This document shows positions 37,404 through 46,600 of a stretch of 64,000 nucleotides of DNA, piece by piece (position 1 is the first letter of the stretch; the number at the start of each line of letters is the position of its first letter). The translations under genes and the position numbers were made by a program. The notes beneath the pieces were generated by a model. The model searched no databases, was not told the DNA's origin, and saw nothing but the letters and a program-made list of their open reading frames with translations. Location of the stretch: assembly GCF_002087085.1 (NCBI RefSeq), contig NZ_MWQY01000013.1:62001-126000 (forward strand). The letters run 5' to 3'.

Positions 37404-38229
37404 GGGAGTCTCTGCGGAACTGCTGCATGTTTACAGCGGCTGGGAAAAGCGGGTCGGCATCTGGATCGATTCCTGCACCCACTTCATGGTCCTGCCGGAG
37501 AACCCCGATTTCTCCGCACCCTGGTTCAACTATCTGGCAGGATTCTGCAGCGGCTCCAGCCGCGGTCTGCTGATATTCAGTATGGCCGGTCTTCCTCCCC
37601 ATTTTTCCGACTTCCCTGCGGTCTCCGATGCCGAGGCCATGATACGTCACTGGTTGCAGGAAAAGCAGTCCTGGGAGAAGTCTGAGGATATCCGCATGGC
37701 AAAGGAGGCCCTGGCAGCGGCGGGTCTTTTTTATCATCCCGAAGATCTCGCCCGGATGGCGGCTGCGGGCGAACAGGAGACTGTGGAACTCTTTATGCGC
37801 TCCGGAATGTCCGCGGATACCCGAAACCGCCGGGGGGTACCCCTGCTTTCCCTCGCAGTCCGGGGGGGACACCGGCATCTTGTGGAATACCTGCTGTCCC
37901 GGGGCTGCGATATAGATGCCGAAAGCGGAGACCGGGGCAATACAGCTTTAATGGATGCCGCTGCTGAGGGAGAACTGGAAATCGCCGAGATCCTGATTCG
38001 TACCGGCGCCGGTCTGGATGTTACGAGCCGTAACGGGCAGACAGCCTTGATTCTTGCCGTGGGGCAGGGGAATCTGAAAATCGCCGCGCTGTTGATAAAG
38101 GCAGGTTCCGCCCTTGATATCCGTGATTCCCTTGGTATGTCGGCCTACGATTATGCGAAGCTCTTCCGGCACGGGGAACTCCTCAGCCTGATGGATTCCC
38201 GCAGCACCCGGGAATCAACGGAACACTGA
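37330..38229 (+). CDS. ankyrin repeat protein with N-terminal alpha/beta (TIR-like) domain
   Basis: Ankyrin repeats GVPLLSLAV, GNTALMDAA, GQTALILAV and GMSAYDYA. Start placed at MKVGII with SD AGGAG upstream. Confidence 0.85.
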   Translation: MKVGIICVASTETEGATFLELLSDKGVSAELLHVYSGWEKRVGIWIDSCTHFMVLPENPDFSAPWFNYLAGFCSGSSRGLLIFSMAGLPPHFSDFPAVSDAEAMIRHWLQEKQSWEKSEDIRMAKEALAAAGLFYHPEDLARMAAAGEQETVELFMRSGMSADTRNRRGVPLLSLAVRGGHRHLVEYLLSRGCDIDAESGDRGNTALMDAAAEGELEIAEILIRTGAGLDVTSRNGQTALILAVGQGNLKIAALLIKAGSALDIRDSLGMSAYDYAKLFRHGELLSLMDSRSTRESTEH

Positions 38230-38261
38230 CATGACGAAGGTCCGGGACACGACTGTGAATC

Positions 38262-38290
38262 TTGACAAGCGGCTGTGCCGGAAGTAACTT
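38262..38290 (+). promoter_or_regulatory. sigma70-type promoter
   Basis: TTGACA, 17 nt spacer, TAACTT. Confidence 0.6.
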
Positions 38291-38298
38291 GAAGACGT

Positions 38299-39084
38299 AT
38301 GGAGAAGCAGAGGCGGGCCTATCTGTTCCATTTTTCACGAAAGGACGGCAGGTCCTTCTTTCTGGATCCTTTTCAGGACCCCAACGAGGTTATGCCTGTT
38401 CTTGAAAGCTGCGAGCTTATCGGTCTGTATGGTAACGAACCGAAGGTCGAAGCTGTTACCTGGTTTCGCAACGAGCTCTATCGCAAGGTGGAGTCTGCCG
38501 TTAAGGTATGGGTGGCCGAACGGCGTTTTATTCCCCGTTTTCTGGTCAGTTCCGCCCTTTTCCTTCTGGTATACCTGTTCCTGAGTCTTGTTATCCGTGA
38601 TCCCCTGCCGATGGTGGATGAGCTCCTGGTAGCCCTGGGAGTATCCGCTGCACTCTATGTATTTCTTTCCCGCCGTGATTTGAGCTCCGCCTGGTCGTCA
38701 AAAAAGCGGGCGGAACTCCGGGGCAAGGTGGATTCCATCTATTTTGAGGAAGACCAGTTTGTCAGGGAAGTCGAAAAAAACCTCCATCGCCTCGAAACGG
38801 GGAGCCCGCAGCAGGTTCTGGAATCAATAATCCTATCCACCGACAGCTTCTATGCCCATCTGAATGCAGAAGCAGCTTCGCAGCTCGCCCGCTATATTGA
38901 ACAGAAGCTGGGGAGCAGGGAGCTTAAGCGGCAGGAGAAGAAGATCCGCGCCCTCCTCAGGGCCAAACGGGGCAACGATAAGCGGGAGATAGAATCGTTG
39001 AGCAGACAGTTTTCTGCAAAGAAGATCGATCTGTCCCTCTTTGCCGTGTATCACGGGATTAAAAGTTCCTCGAACAAAGGCTGA
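38299..39084 (+). CDS. hypothetical membrane protein (helical hairpin)
   Basis: 261-aa ORF with two TM segments around RDPLPMVDEL. Confidence 0.7.
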   Translation: MEKQRRAYLFHFSRKDGRSFFLDPFQDPNEVMPVLESCELIGLYGNEPKVEAVTWFRNELYRKVESAVKVWVAERRFIPRFLVSSALFLLVYLFLSLVIRDPLPMVDELLVALGVSAALYVFLSRRDLSSAWSSKKRAELRGKVDSIYFEEDQFVREVEKNLHRLETGSPQQVLESIILSTDSFYAHLNAEAASQLARYIEQKLGSRELKRQEKKIRALLRAKRGNDKREIESLSRQFSAKKIDLSLFAVYHGIKSSSNKG

Positions 39085-40335
39085 TCAGCTGTTCTCGTCG
39101 TCCAGCAGGGTATTGATACCCGTGAGTTCTTCCTGGAGTCGAAGGCTGGTAAGGACGGTATCAAGGTTCTCCGACGCCGGGGTAAAATCCGGATCAAGTT
39201 CCAGAACAGCCTGCCAGTGGCGGACCGCAAGCCGAAGGTCGCCCCGGGCATAGGCTTCAAGCCCGGCTATGTACTGCTCTTCCACCATCTGCTGACGGGC
39301 ATACCGTCCCCGGTCGCCCAGATCCATGGACGCTACCACACTAATCCGGTCCAGGGGAGCGGACACCTGGGTATCGAGACCCAGGGTATAGTTGATATTG
39401 AAGGCCATATCGCTGGTCAGAAGTTCAGTTCCCAGGGAGAACCTCGGGTTGCCTCCGCGATAATGAAATCCGCTCTGCAGGGAGAAGAAATTGGTTACCG
39501 CCAGGTCCATGCCCGTGGCAATGTACCAGTTTTCCGCAGGAACATCAGGCTGCAGACTGAAGGGGTAATTGAAATCCGTCGTCAGAGTCAGGGGTCTGAA
39601 GGGTGAATAGGCTATACCCAGGGACGCTTCTGTGGGAAGCGCTTCTCCGTCCGTACTGATTCCCAGATTACGTGCCACAAGACCGACTGCAAAGTTACTC
39701 TCCCGGGCAACATAGGGTTTCATAAAATTAAAGCGGGTCAGAAGTCCGATATCGGCCAGTAATCCGAAGGCTGACTGGCCCGGTTCAATTACCTCAGGGA
39801 TATGACGATAGGCTGTTTTTAAATTTGCCCCCAGGGCGAGACCTTCATAATCGTAGCTGGAAAAGAAGTTATAGGAGATATTCGCCGTAGCCAGGGTCTC
39901 GGAGTAGTAGATGCTGGCCTGGGTGTCTCCCCAGTCATTGTATTCGGTAAAGGGTACGTACAGGAACTTTCCACCGAAACCGTAGCCCAGATTCTCGTTG
40001 CGCATGGTAAAGACGGCGCTGTCGATGGATGTATCGGCGATCCACGCATTATGGGCCAGGGCTATCTGGGTTCTGTCCAGCAGAGCACTGGCCGCCGGAT
40101 TGGCTTCGAGGTAGGAAAAATCATTTGCCAGTGCGGTAAAGGCAGTTCCCATGGCTTCGTAGCGTCCGCCTATGGGAATCTGGAGGATGGGAAAGACCGT
40201 CAGGCCGGTGTTGGGGTCTGCAAAGGATTCGGAAAAGTCAAAATAACTGTCGAAAAAACCTTCTCCCGAAGCGGAAAAAGGTACAGTCAGAAGGAGGAGA
40301 AATATTGTAGCCCTCAGCATGATTGTTCTCTGCAT
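39085..40335 (-). CDS. UPF0164 family protein (PorV/FadL-like outer-membrane barrel with C-terminal TPR-like helices)
   Basis: Signal peptide, IPIGGRYEAMGTAFTALAND....NPA motif, amphipathic strands and C-terminal GLEAY..G.L..A...W...L..DP. Confidence 0.85.
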   Translation of the reverse strand: MQRTIMLRATIFLLLLTVPFSASGEGFFDSYFDFSESFADPNTGLTVFPILQIPIGGRYEAMGTAFTALANDFSYLEANPAASALLDRTQIALAHNAWIADTSIDSAVFTMRNENLGYGFGGKFLYVPFTEYNDWGDTQASIYYSETLATANISYNFFSSYDYEGLALGANLKTAYRHIPEVIEPGQSAFGLLADIGLLTRFNFMKPYVARESNFAVGLVARNLGISTDGEALPTEASLGIAYSPFRPLTLTTDFNYPFSLQPDVPAENWYIATGMDLAVTNFFSLQSGFHYRGGNPRFSLGTELLTSDMAFNINYTLGLDTQVSAPLDRISVVASMDLGDRGRYARQQMVEEQYIAGLEAYARGDLRLAVRHWQAVLELDPDFTPASENLDTVLTSLRLQEELTGINTLLDDENS

Positions 40336-40511
40336 AGCAGCTGCCTTTTGCGAATATACCACCAATTCCGGGAGAATACTATATTTTCGGCACTTTGCAG
40401 TCCCGGGTCAAGTCAATCTCCCCTCAAGAACCCAATCGGCCTTCATATTGGGAATCTGGGTATACTGCCCCTCCAAATATGCCGATAATGTGGTACATTC
40501 AGTACGAAGAA

Positions 40512-43500
40512 ATGGTTATCGGATCGAGACTTAGACGCGGCCTACTGCATATTCTCCTCGTGGTACTTCTCCTAATGGGCGCGGGACCCCTCCATGCCGC
40601 CGGAAAACCGGAACAGGATCCTCTGCTGGAGGCACGGGAAGCCTACGAGGCCCGGGATTACAACCGTGCAATTCTGCTTACTGCAGAGGTAATGAAGGAG
40701 TATCCTGACTATTTTGATGAGGCTCAGTCCCTGATCCGGGCCATTCGCGGTGCCAAGATCAGGTACAACAATACCTTTGCCGACCTCATTGATCTGTATC
40801 AGGATGCCCTCCGGAACAGGGACGACGCCGGGCTTTCCGAGTCCTATACCATAATCAAGGATCTTGAAGAACTCGATCCCTATCCCAACGAGGAGACTGC
40901 GGAGGGACTGGTCCGGGCCCGGGAGGCCACCGGAAACGTGTACAACAGAATCCGGTATACGAACATAATGGATCAGGCTCTGGAACAGATCAGGAGCGGA
41001 GAATTCTTTCAGGCCGTTACAACCTATATGGGGGGCTTCAATCTGGCCCTGGACATCTTCCGGGACAAGAACTACGGCGAAGAGCCTGAAGCCGAAGCTG
41101 ACCGTTTAAGAACCCAGGCTGCTGTTCTTGGAGAAGAGTTCACAACGTATCAGGACGCCCTGGCCGCCGCCGGCAGTTTTATCGACCAGCTGAGTCCGGA
41201 TAGTACTCTTGATCAGCTTCGGGTCTGGGCGGAGGATTTTTCAGCCGAGTATGAGAACCTTTCTGACCTTCGCTGGCGTATTCAGGGAGTTATGCGGGGT
41301 CTTGAAGTTCTCAGGCTCCTTATCCTGAACGAATACGCAGAGGACACCGAAGACGAGATTTACCACCTTGCCTATCTTATCCTTCTGCACCGTGGAAGAA
41401 GCGCCGTTGAGGAGGAACTGGGAGTAAACGAAGGTATCCTCGGCGCCGTGGATGGCCGCTGGGACAAGGGCCTTGAGTCTGCATCGGCGGCCTTCCGTGA
41501 GATACTGTCTCTCCTCAACGAACAGGCCCATACTTTGTATACACAGCAGCGCTTCAGCGAATCCCTCGGGGTTTTTCAGCGCCTGGCCTCCGTGGCAGGG
41601 ATTGTAGAAGAGCTTGCACAGCTGTGGCGGGCTCAGATTGCCCCTGCTCCGGAACCGGGAACTCCGGAACCCGATTACCGGCGGCTCCTGGAATCCGGTG
41701 AGGCCCCGGACTATTTAAAATACTATTACGATCTGGAAACCTATGCCCGTATTCTCGGGGAGAACGCCGTCGATTCCGTGGAGCTCGCCGGCCTTGGAGC
41801 CGTGTTCCGGGAGCAGGCGGAGATCCTGAGTGGAACCGCAGATGTCGATCTGGATACCGTCGCCGAATCCCGGGATTTCTTTGACCAGCGCGCCGGTATC
41901 CTTGGCCCCCTGGCTGTGTCGCTGCAGGAGAGAAAGAGCATTCCCCTTCTGGAAGATGAATACCGGGAATTAAACGTGCGGCGGCTCGGGGAACATGAAG
42001 AGCGTATAGCGATGTTGGATACTCTTTACCGGAACAGCAGCGAAGAGTTCATGCTGATCTATACCGAGAGGCGGGAAAGGGAGCTGGAAGCACGACTCGC
42101 GTCTCTGCGGGAACTCGAAACCGCCGGGGACAGTTCCCTTGCGGGGGAAGAGATTCTCTTCCAGGGAGATTCCTTCCTTGCCCGTTACCCGGACCGGGCC
42201 CTGGAGAACTACTCGCTCCTGAATGAAGGGGCGGAAAATCTGCTGGAGGATAATCAGGGTTTTCTGGCTGAGCTGAGGGAGCTTCCCCAGTGGCTTCAGA
42301 ACCGGGAGAGCATCGCCGCGAGTATTGCCGGTGTCTCGGATCGCGAGGAGACTGTCTCCGGGCTCCTTCTCCGGTCGGAACAAAAATCGGAAGAGGCGGT
42401 GGAGCTGATTCGGATTGCCCGGCAGAGCCGCCTGGATGGTGAACGGCGCTATGCCGAAGCCCAGGCCAGGGTCCGCAGCCGTCAGTTCAACGTCAACAAT
42501 CCCAATGCTGTCGAAAACGCCATCAGTGATTCCCGGGACTTTTTTCTTGCATCCCTGCAGCAGCAGTACGATCAGCTTCTTGATCACCGTACCGATGCGA
42601 TTCCCGGGAACAGTGATAATTATGATATTCAGAGTCTCCTTTCCGAACTGGCCCAGGCCAAGCGGGATTACTTTTTACCCCAGCGGGATGCGGCCCTTGC
42701 GGAAGCACGACAGCTTATCCGGCAGCAGGATTTCGAACAGGCGAGCATCGTGCTGAACCGGGCGGAAGACTACCATCGCCAGCTCGATTCCGAGGATTAT
42801 CCGGAAATTGTCCGTCTGCAGGAGTTTGTTGACCGGGCCATCAATACCTCCAGTGCCTGGTACATCAGCAAGACCGATCCTCTCTATGCCGAGATGAGCC
42901 AGCTGCTGAACCTGGCCCGCCGGGATTATCTGACCGCCCTGGAGCGGGTACGAGGGGGGCAGCGTTCCGGCGTCGAGACGCTCCTTGCGAGTGCGGAGGA
43001 AAAGCTCGCGGCGGTGCAGAATACCTTCCCGCAGAATCTGGAGGTCGGTATTCTGCAGCTGCAGATTCAGCTTCTCCGCAGCGGGGACCCGGCGGAACAG
43101 AACAGGATCATAGCAGAAAAGTTTGACCAGGCCCGTTCCGCCTTCAATGCCGGGGATTACCAGAGATCCCTGGCCCTGGCCAAGGCTCTTCAGGCCATCC
43201 GTCCCGGGTATCCCGGACTGGAATCCCTGATCGTGGAGGGGGAGATCGCCACGGGACAGAGGGTACGGGAGCCCGATCCGGCGGATGTCCGGGCCGCCGA
43301 AGCTCTTTACACGGAAGCGAACAGCATCTGGCAGAATCGTATCCAGGACCAGTATCCCGCTGCTCTGGAATCGATACAGGAGGCCATCGCCCGCTATACC
43401 CCCTTCAATCCTCCGAACCGGTATCTCGATCTGAAACAGCAGCTTGAAATTCGGGTAGACACGAGTACTGCAGCCATCCTCTCAGCTGCGGACCAGCTCC

Positions 43501-43643
43501 AGTACCAGTCTGCTCTGAAGGCCTATCAGCAGGGCAATTTTGTCCAGGCGAAACTTATTGTTGACCAGCTTATCCAAAAAGGCCAGAATGCCCGTAATCC
43601 CAGGCTGCTGGATCTGAGGAGAAGGATTGAATCGCGCTTGTGA
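40512..43643 (+). CDS. large exported alpha-helical/TPR-like protein
   Basis: Signal peptide (LHA-AG) and long helical repeats. The stop overlaps the next start. Confidence 0.75.
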   Translation: MVIGSRLRRGLLHILLVVLLLMGAGPLHAAGKPEQDPLLEAREAYEARDYNRAILLTAEVMKEYPDYFDEAQSLIRAIRGAKIRYNNTFADLIDLYQDALRNRDDAGLSESYTIIKDLEELDPYPNEETAEGLVRAREATGNVYNRIRYTNIMDQALEQIRSGEFFQAVTTYMGGFNLALDIFRDKNYGEEPEAEADRLRTQAAVLGEEFTTYQDALAAAGSFIDQLSPDSTLDQLRVWAEDFSAEYENLSDLRWRIQGVMRGLEVLRLLILNEYAEDTEDEIYHLAYLILLHRGRSAVEEELGVNEGILGAVDGRWDKGLESASAAFREILSLLNEQAHTLYTQQRFSESLGVFQRLASVAGIVEELAQLWRAQIAPAPEPGTPEPDYRRLLESGEAPDYLKYYYDLETYARILGENAVDSVELAGLGAVFREQAEILSGTADVDLDTVAESRDFFDQRAGILGPLAVSLQERKSIPLLEDEYRELNVRRLGEHEERIAMLDTLYRNSSEEFMLIYTERRERELEARLASLRELETAGDSSLAGEEILFQGDSFLARYPDRALENYSLLNEGAENLLEDNQGFLAELRELPQWLQNRESIAASIAGVSDREETVSGLLLRSEQKSEEAVELIRIARQSRLDGERRYAEAQARVRSRQFNVNNPNAVENAISDSRDFFLASLQQQYDQLLDHRTDAIPGNSDNYDIQSLLSELAQAKRDYFLPQRDAALAEARQLIRQQDFEQASIVLNRAEDYHRQLDSEDYPEIVRLQEFVDRAINTSSAWYISKTDPLYAEMSQLLNLARRDYLTALERVRGGQRSGVETLLASAEEKLAAVQNTFPQNLEVGILQLQIQLLRSGDPAEQNRIIAEKFDQARSAFNAGDYQRSLALAKALQAIRPGYPGLESLIVEGEIATGQRVREPDPADVRAAEALYTEANSIWQNRIQDQYPAALESIQEAIARYTPFNPPNRYLDLKQQLEIRVDTSTAAILSAADQLQYQSALKAYQQGNFVQAKLIVDQLIQKGQNARNPRLLDLRRRIESRL

Positions 43644-46600
43644 TGAATAGAAGATTTCCGTCCATACCTGCAACGATAATCCTCGCTGCTCTCGTACTCC
43701 TTCTGCCCCAGGTACAGCTTCTTGCCCAGGAACGGATCTACTGGGATGACTCCCGCGTCCTGGGACTTGAGAGTCCTCGTTTTCCCCAGGCAGGTTCCTC
43801 GTATCAGGGCATTGTGGTTATGGCCCACGAGTACGAGTACAGCGGACAGGACCAGGGTAGGGCCTACATCTCCACGGCGTACAGCAGCGACAGTCTCCAG
43901 TGGGAGACCCACTCCAGGGTACTGGGACCTTTTTCCTTCAGCGGCGATGAGTCTCCCATAGCCTCCCTTGCGGTCACTGCCGGAGGCGAGGTCTACCTGG
44001 CTGTGGCGGAAGATGAATCGACCATCGGAATCTACCAGTCCCGGAATCAGGGCGGAAGTTTTTCGAGAATAAGCAGCATTACCGCACCGGTTTCCGCGAT
44101 TGTGGCCCCCCGACTCTTTCTCAATTCCCGGGGCGAGTTTGTCCTTTTTGTTTCCCGGGACGTCGGGACCGGTGCAGGCCTGGGCAGCTACCTGGGAATC
44201 TTCTATACCAGCTCCGAAAACGGCTCACAATGGGAAGCCTTTCGCCCCCTGACCACGGGAAATACCCTCCGGGAGACCTATCTGCCTTTTCTTGCCGGAT
44301 ACGGAGGGCGGGATTATGTCGTTTTTCAGGCCTTCAAGACCGGCGGTCCCGGGGGAAATCCCCCGTCGAGTTATCAGCTCTATATGGCAAGCAGTTTCGA
44401 CGGAGGCAGGAGCTGGGGCCAACCTGAACTGATTACCGATTTCCCTGAACCGGAAAACCTGGGAGAGGAAGCGGGGTGGGAATATTATGATAACCAGAGG
44501 CCCGCTATCCTTGTCGACGGCGAAAGGACCTTTGTGTCCTGGGAACGCCGTTACGCCCGTTCCCGGACACGAAATATCTACCTCGCCGAGCTGAACGGTT
44601 CGGGGAATACTGAAAACGTGGTGAGGATACGAAGCGACCGGGACAGCATATCTCCCAGGATGGTAAAGGCCGGAGACCGCTATTTTGTCAGCTGGTATGA
44701 GGGGAGTGAACAGGATATGACCCTGCGCCTGGCGGAGGGGCGCAAGATTCCCAACGTGGGAATTGACTGGTACTATCAGGAAGGGGCGGGAACGGAGTAT
44801 CTCTTTGCAGATGACCGGCCGGACAGTTCCACCTTCGCGGTTCCCCTGGTTTTCCGCCAGCGTCTGCACCTTGTATGGGAGAACGATACCTATCGGGGAA
44901 CGGAACTTGCGGATTCCCGTCTGATCTATCGGGGACCGGATATCTACACCGCGTCGCCCAGTGTCCGGGGGGTGAACTTTATCGGCGGCGAGCCTGTTTC
45001 CAGAGACAACTTTACCATCGCCTGGAGTGAGCCCCGGGATTCCTCCGGAATTGCAGGATATAACTATATCTTCAGCCGGTCGGAAACAGAACGTCCCGGG
45101 CGTCGGCTGTCTCACTTCCGGGATGAAAATCTATCGACTACCCGGTCCCTGGAGGAAGACGGCCGCTGGTATTTTCATATTATCGCCCAGGATTATGCGG
45201 GCAACTGGTCGGAACCGTCATCACTGCTGATACAGCGGGATACGACAGCTCCTGATACACCTGTGTTTCTTCCTCCGGAAACCGACAGTTCCGGTTTTCT
45301 TCTGTCCAATACCCGGACCATTGAATGGCGTGCTTCTCCCCAGGAGGACACTGCCGGCTACACCTACACATATACCCTGCTCGACCCGGCAGGACGTGCA
45401 GTGGATCCGGAGCAGGTGCGCCCGGCGCTGCCGCCGCGACGCATTGTTACCACTTCTCCGGAGGCCTCCTTTTTTAACCGCGACAACGGTACCTGGATGC
45501 TTTCCGTTGCGGCGGTGGATCGAGTCGGCAATATCAGCGAGCCCGCGGCTCTTGTATTCCGTCTGAACAAGTACATCCCCATAACCCTTATTAATGAGAT
45601 TGAAGCTGAGCGGGACGAGGTGGGACGCTCCATCCTGACCATACGAGGCCGGGGTTTTACCGCGGACGGACAGATCGAACGGATCATCCTGGACCGGGAC
45701 GCCAATCCTCCCTACGATTATATCTACACCCTGGAGGGCGGATCCTATAAGCTCAGCGGGAACCGTCTGATCGAGGATTTCGTCGTTGAGGACATTGATG
45801 AGGGGCTTTACGGTATAGGGCTTGATCACTCACGACGGGGTATAAAGTGGTCTGATCAATCCCTCTACTTTGAACCCACCGGGGTGGTCAAGTTCGGCGA
45901 TTTTACCTATACGCCGCCGTCGAGATTTACTCTGTTTGCCTGGGATTATTTCGGGATGTCCGTTAATGCCCTGGTCACTTTGCTCATTTTGACGGGGCTT
46001 GCCGTTGCGCTGGGGCTGACCATTTTCATGCTCCGGGGAGTCCTGGCGGAGAACGCGCGTATTCAGAGGGACATCGAGACAATTGTATCCGGCAGACTCC
46101 TGACCGGCCCCGAATACAGGAAGAGGATAGTAGAGATGAAGAGAAAGGGTCTTGGCCTGAGAATAAAATTTGTGCTGCTTATAACGGTACTCATTCTGAT
46201 CGTTGTGATGATGGTAGCCGTTTCTCTTGGCTATTACATGATAGAAAGCCGTCAGCGGACCCTGGCACAGGGGCTGGAGGAGAGGGCCTCGCTGCTTCTT
46301 GAGAGTCTTGCGGTGGGAGCCCGGGAACCGATTGACAGCAATGACCAGGAGAGCATGTTTTCCCTGGTCGGCCAGGTAGAAGCCATGGCCGATGCCACGG
46401 GAGTCATCATTACCGGCCGATCCGTCTCCGATCCCGCCGGTCAGATTCATGCTCTCTGGGCGGCGTCCCATCCCGAGGAACTCCTGGAATCCCTGAGCGG
46501 TCAGATTCGCATCGACTACCGGGAGAAGGATGCAGCCTCGGAGGCTCCCCGGACCTTTGCGCTCATCGATGCTGACGAGCTTGAATCCTACCGGGACCGT

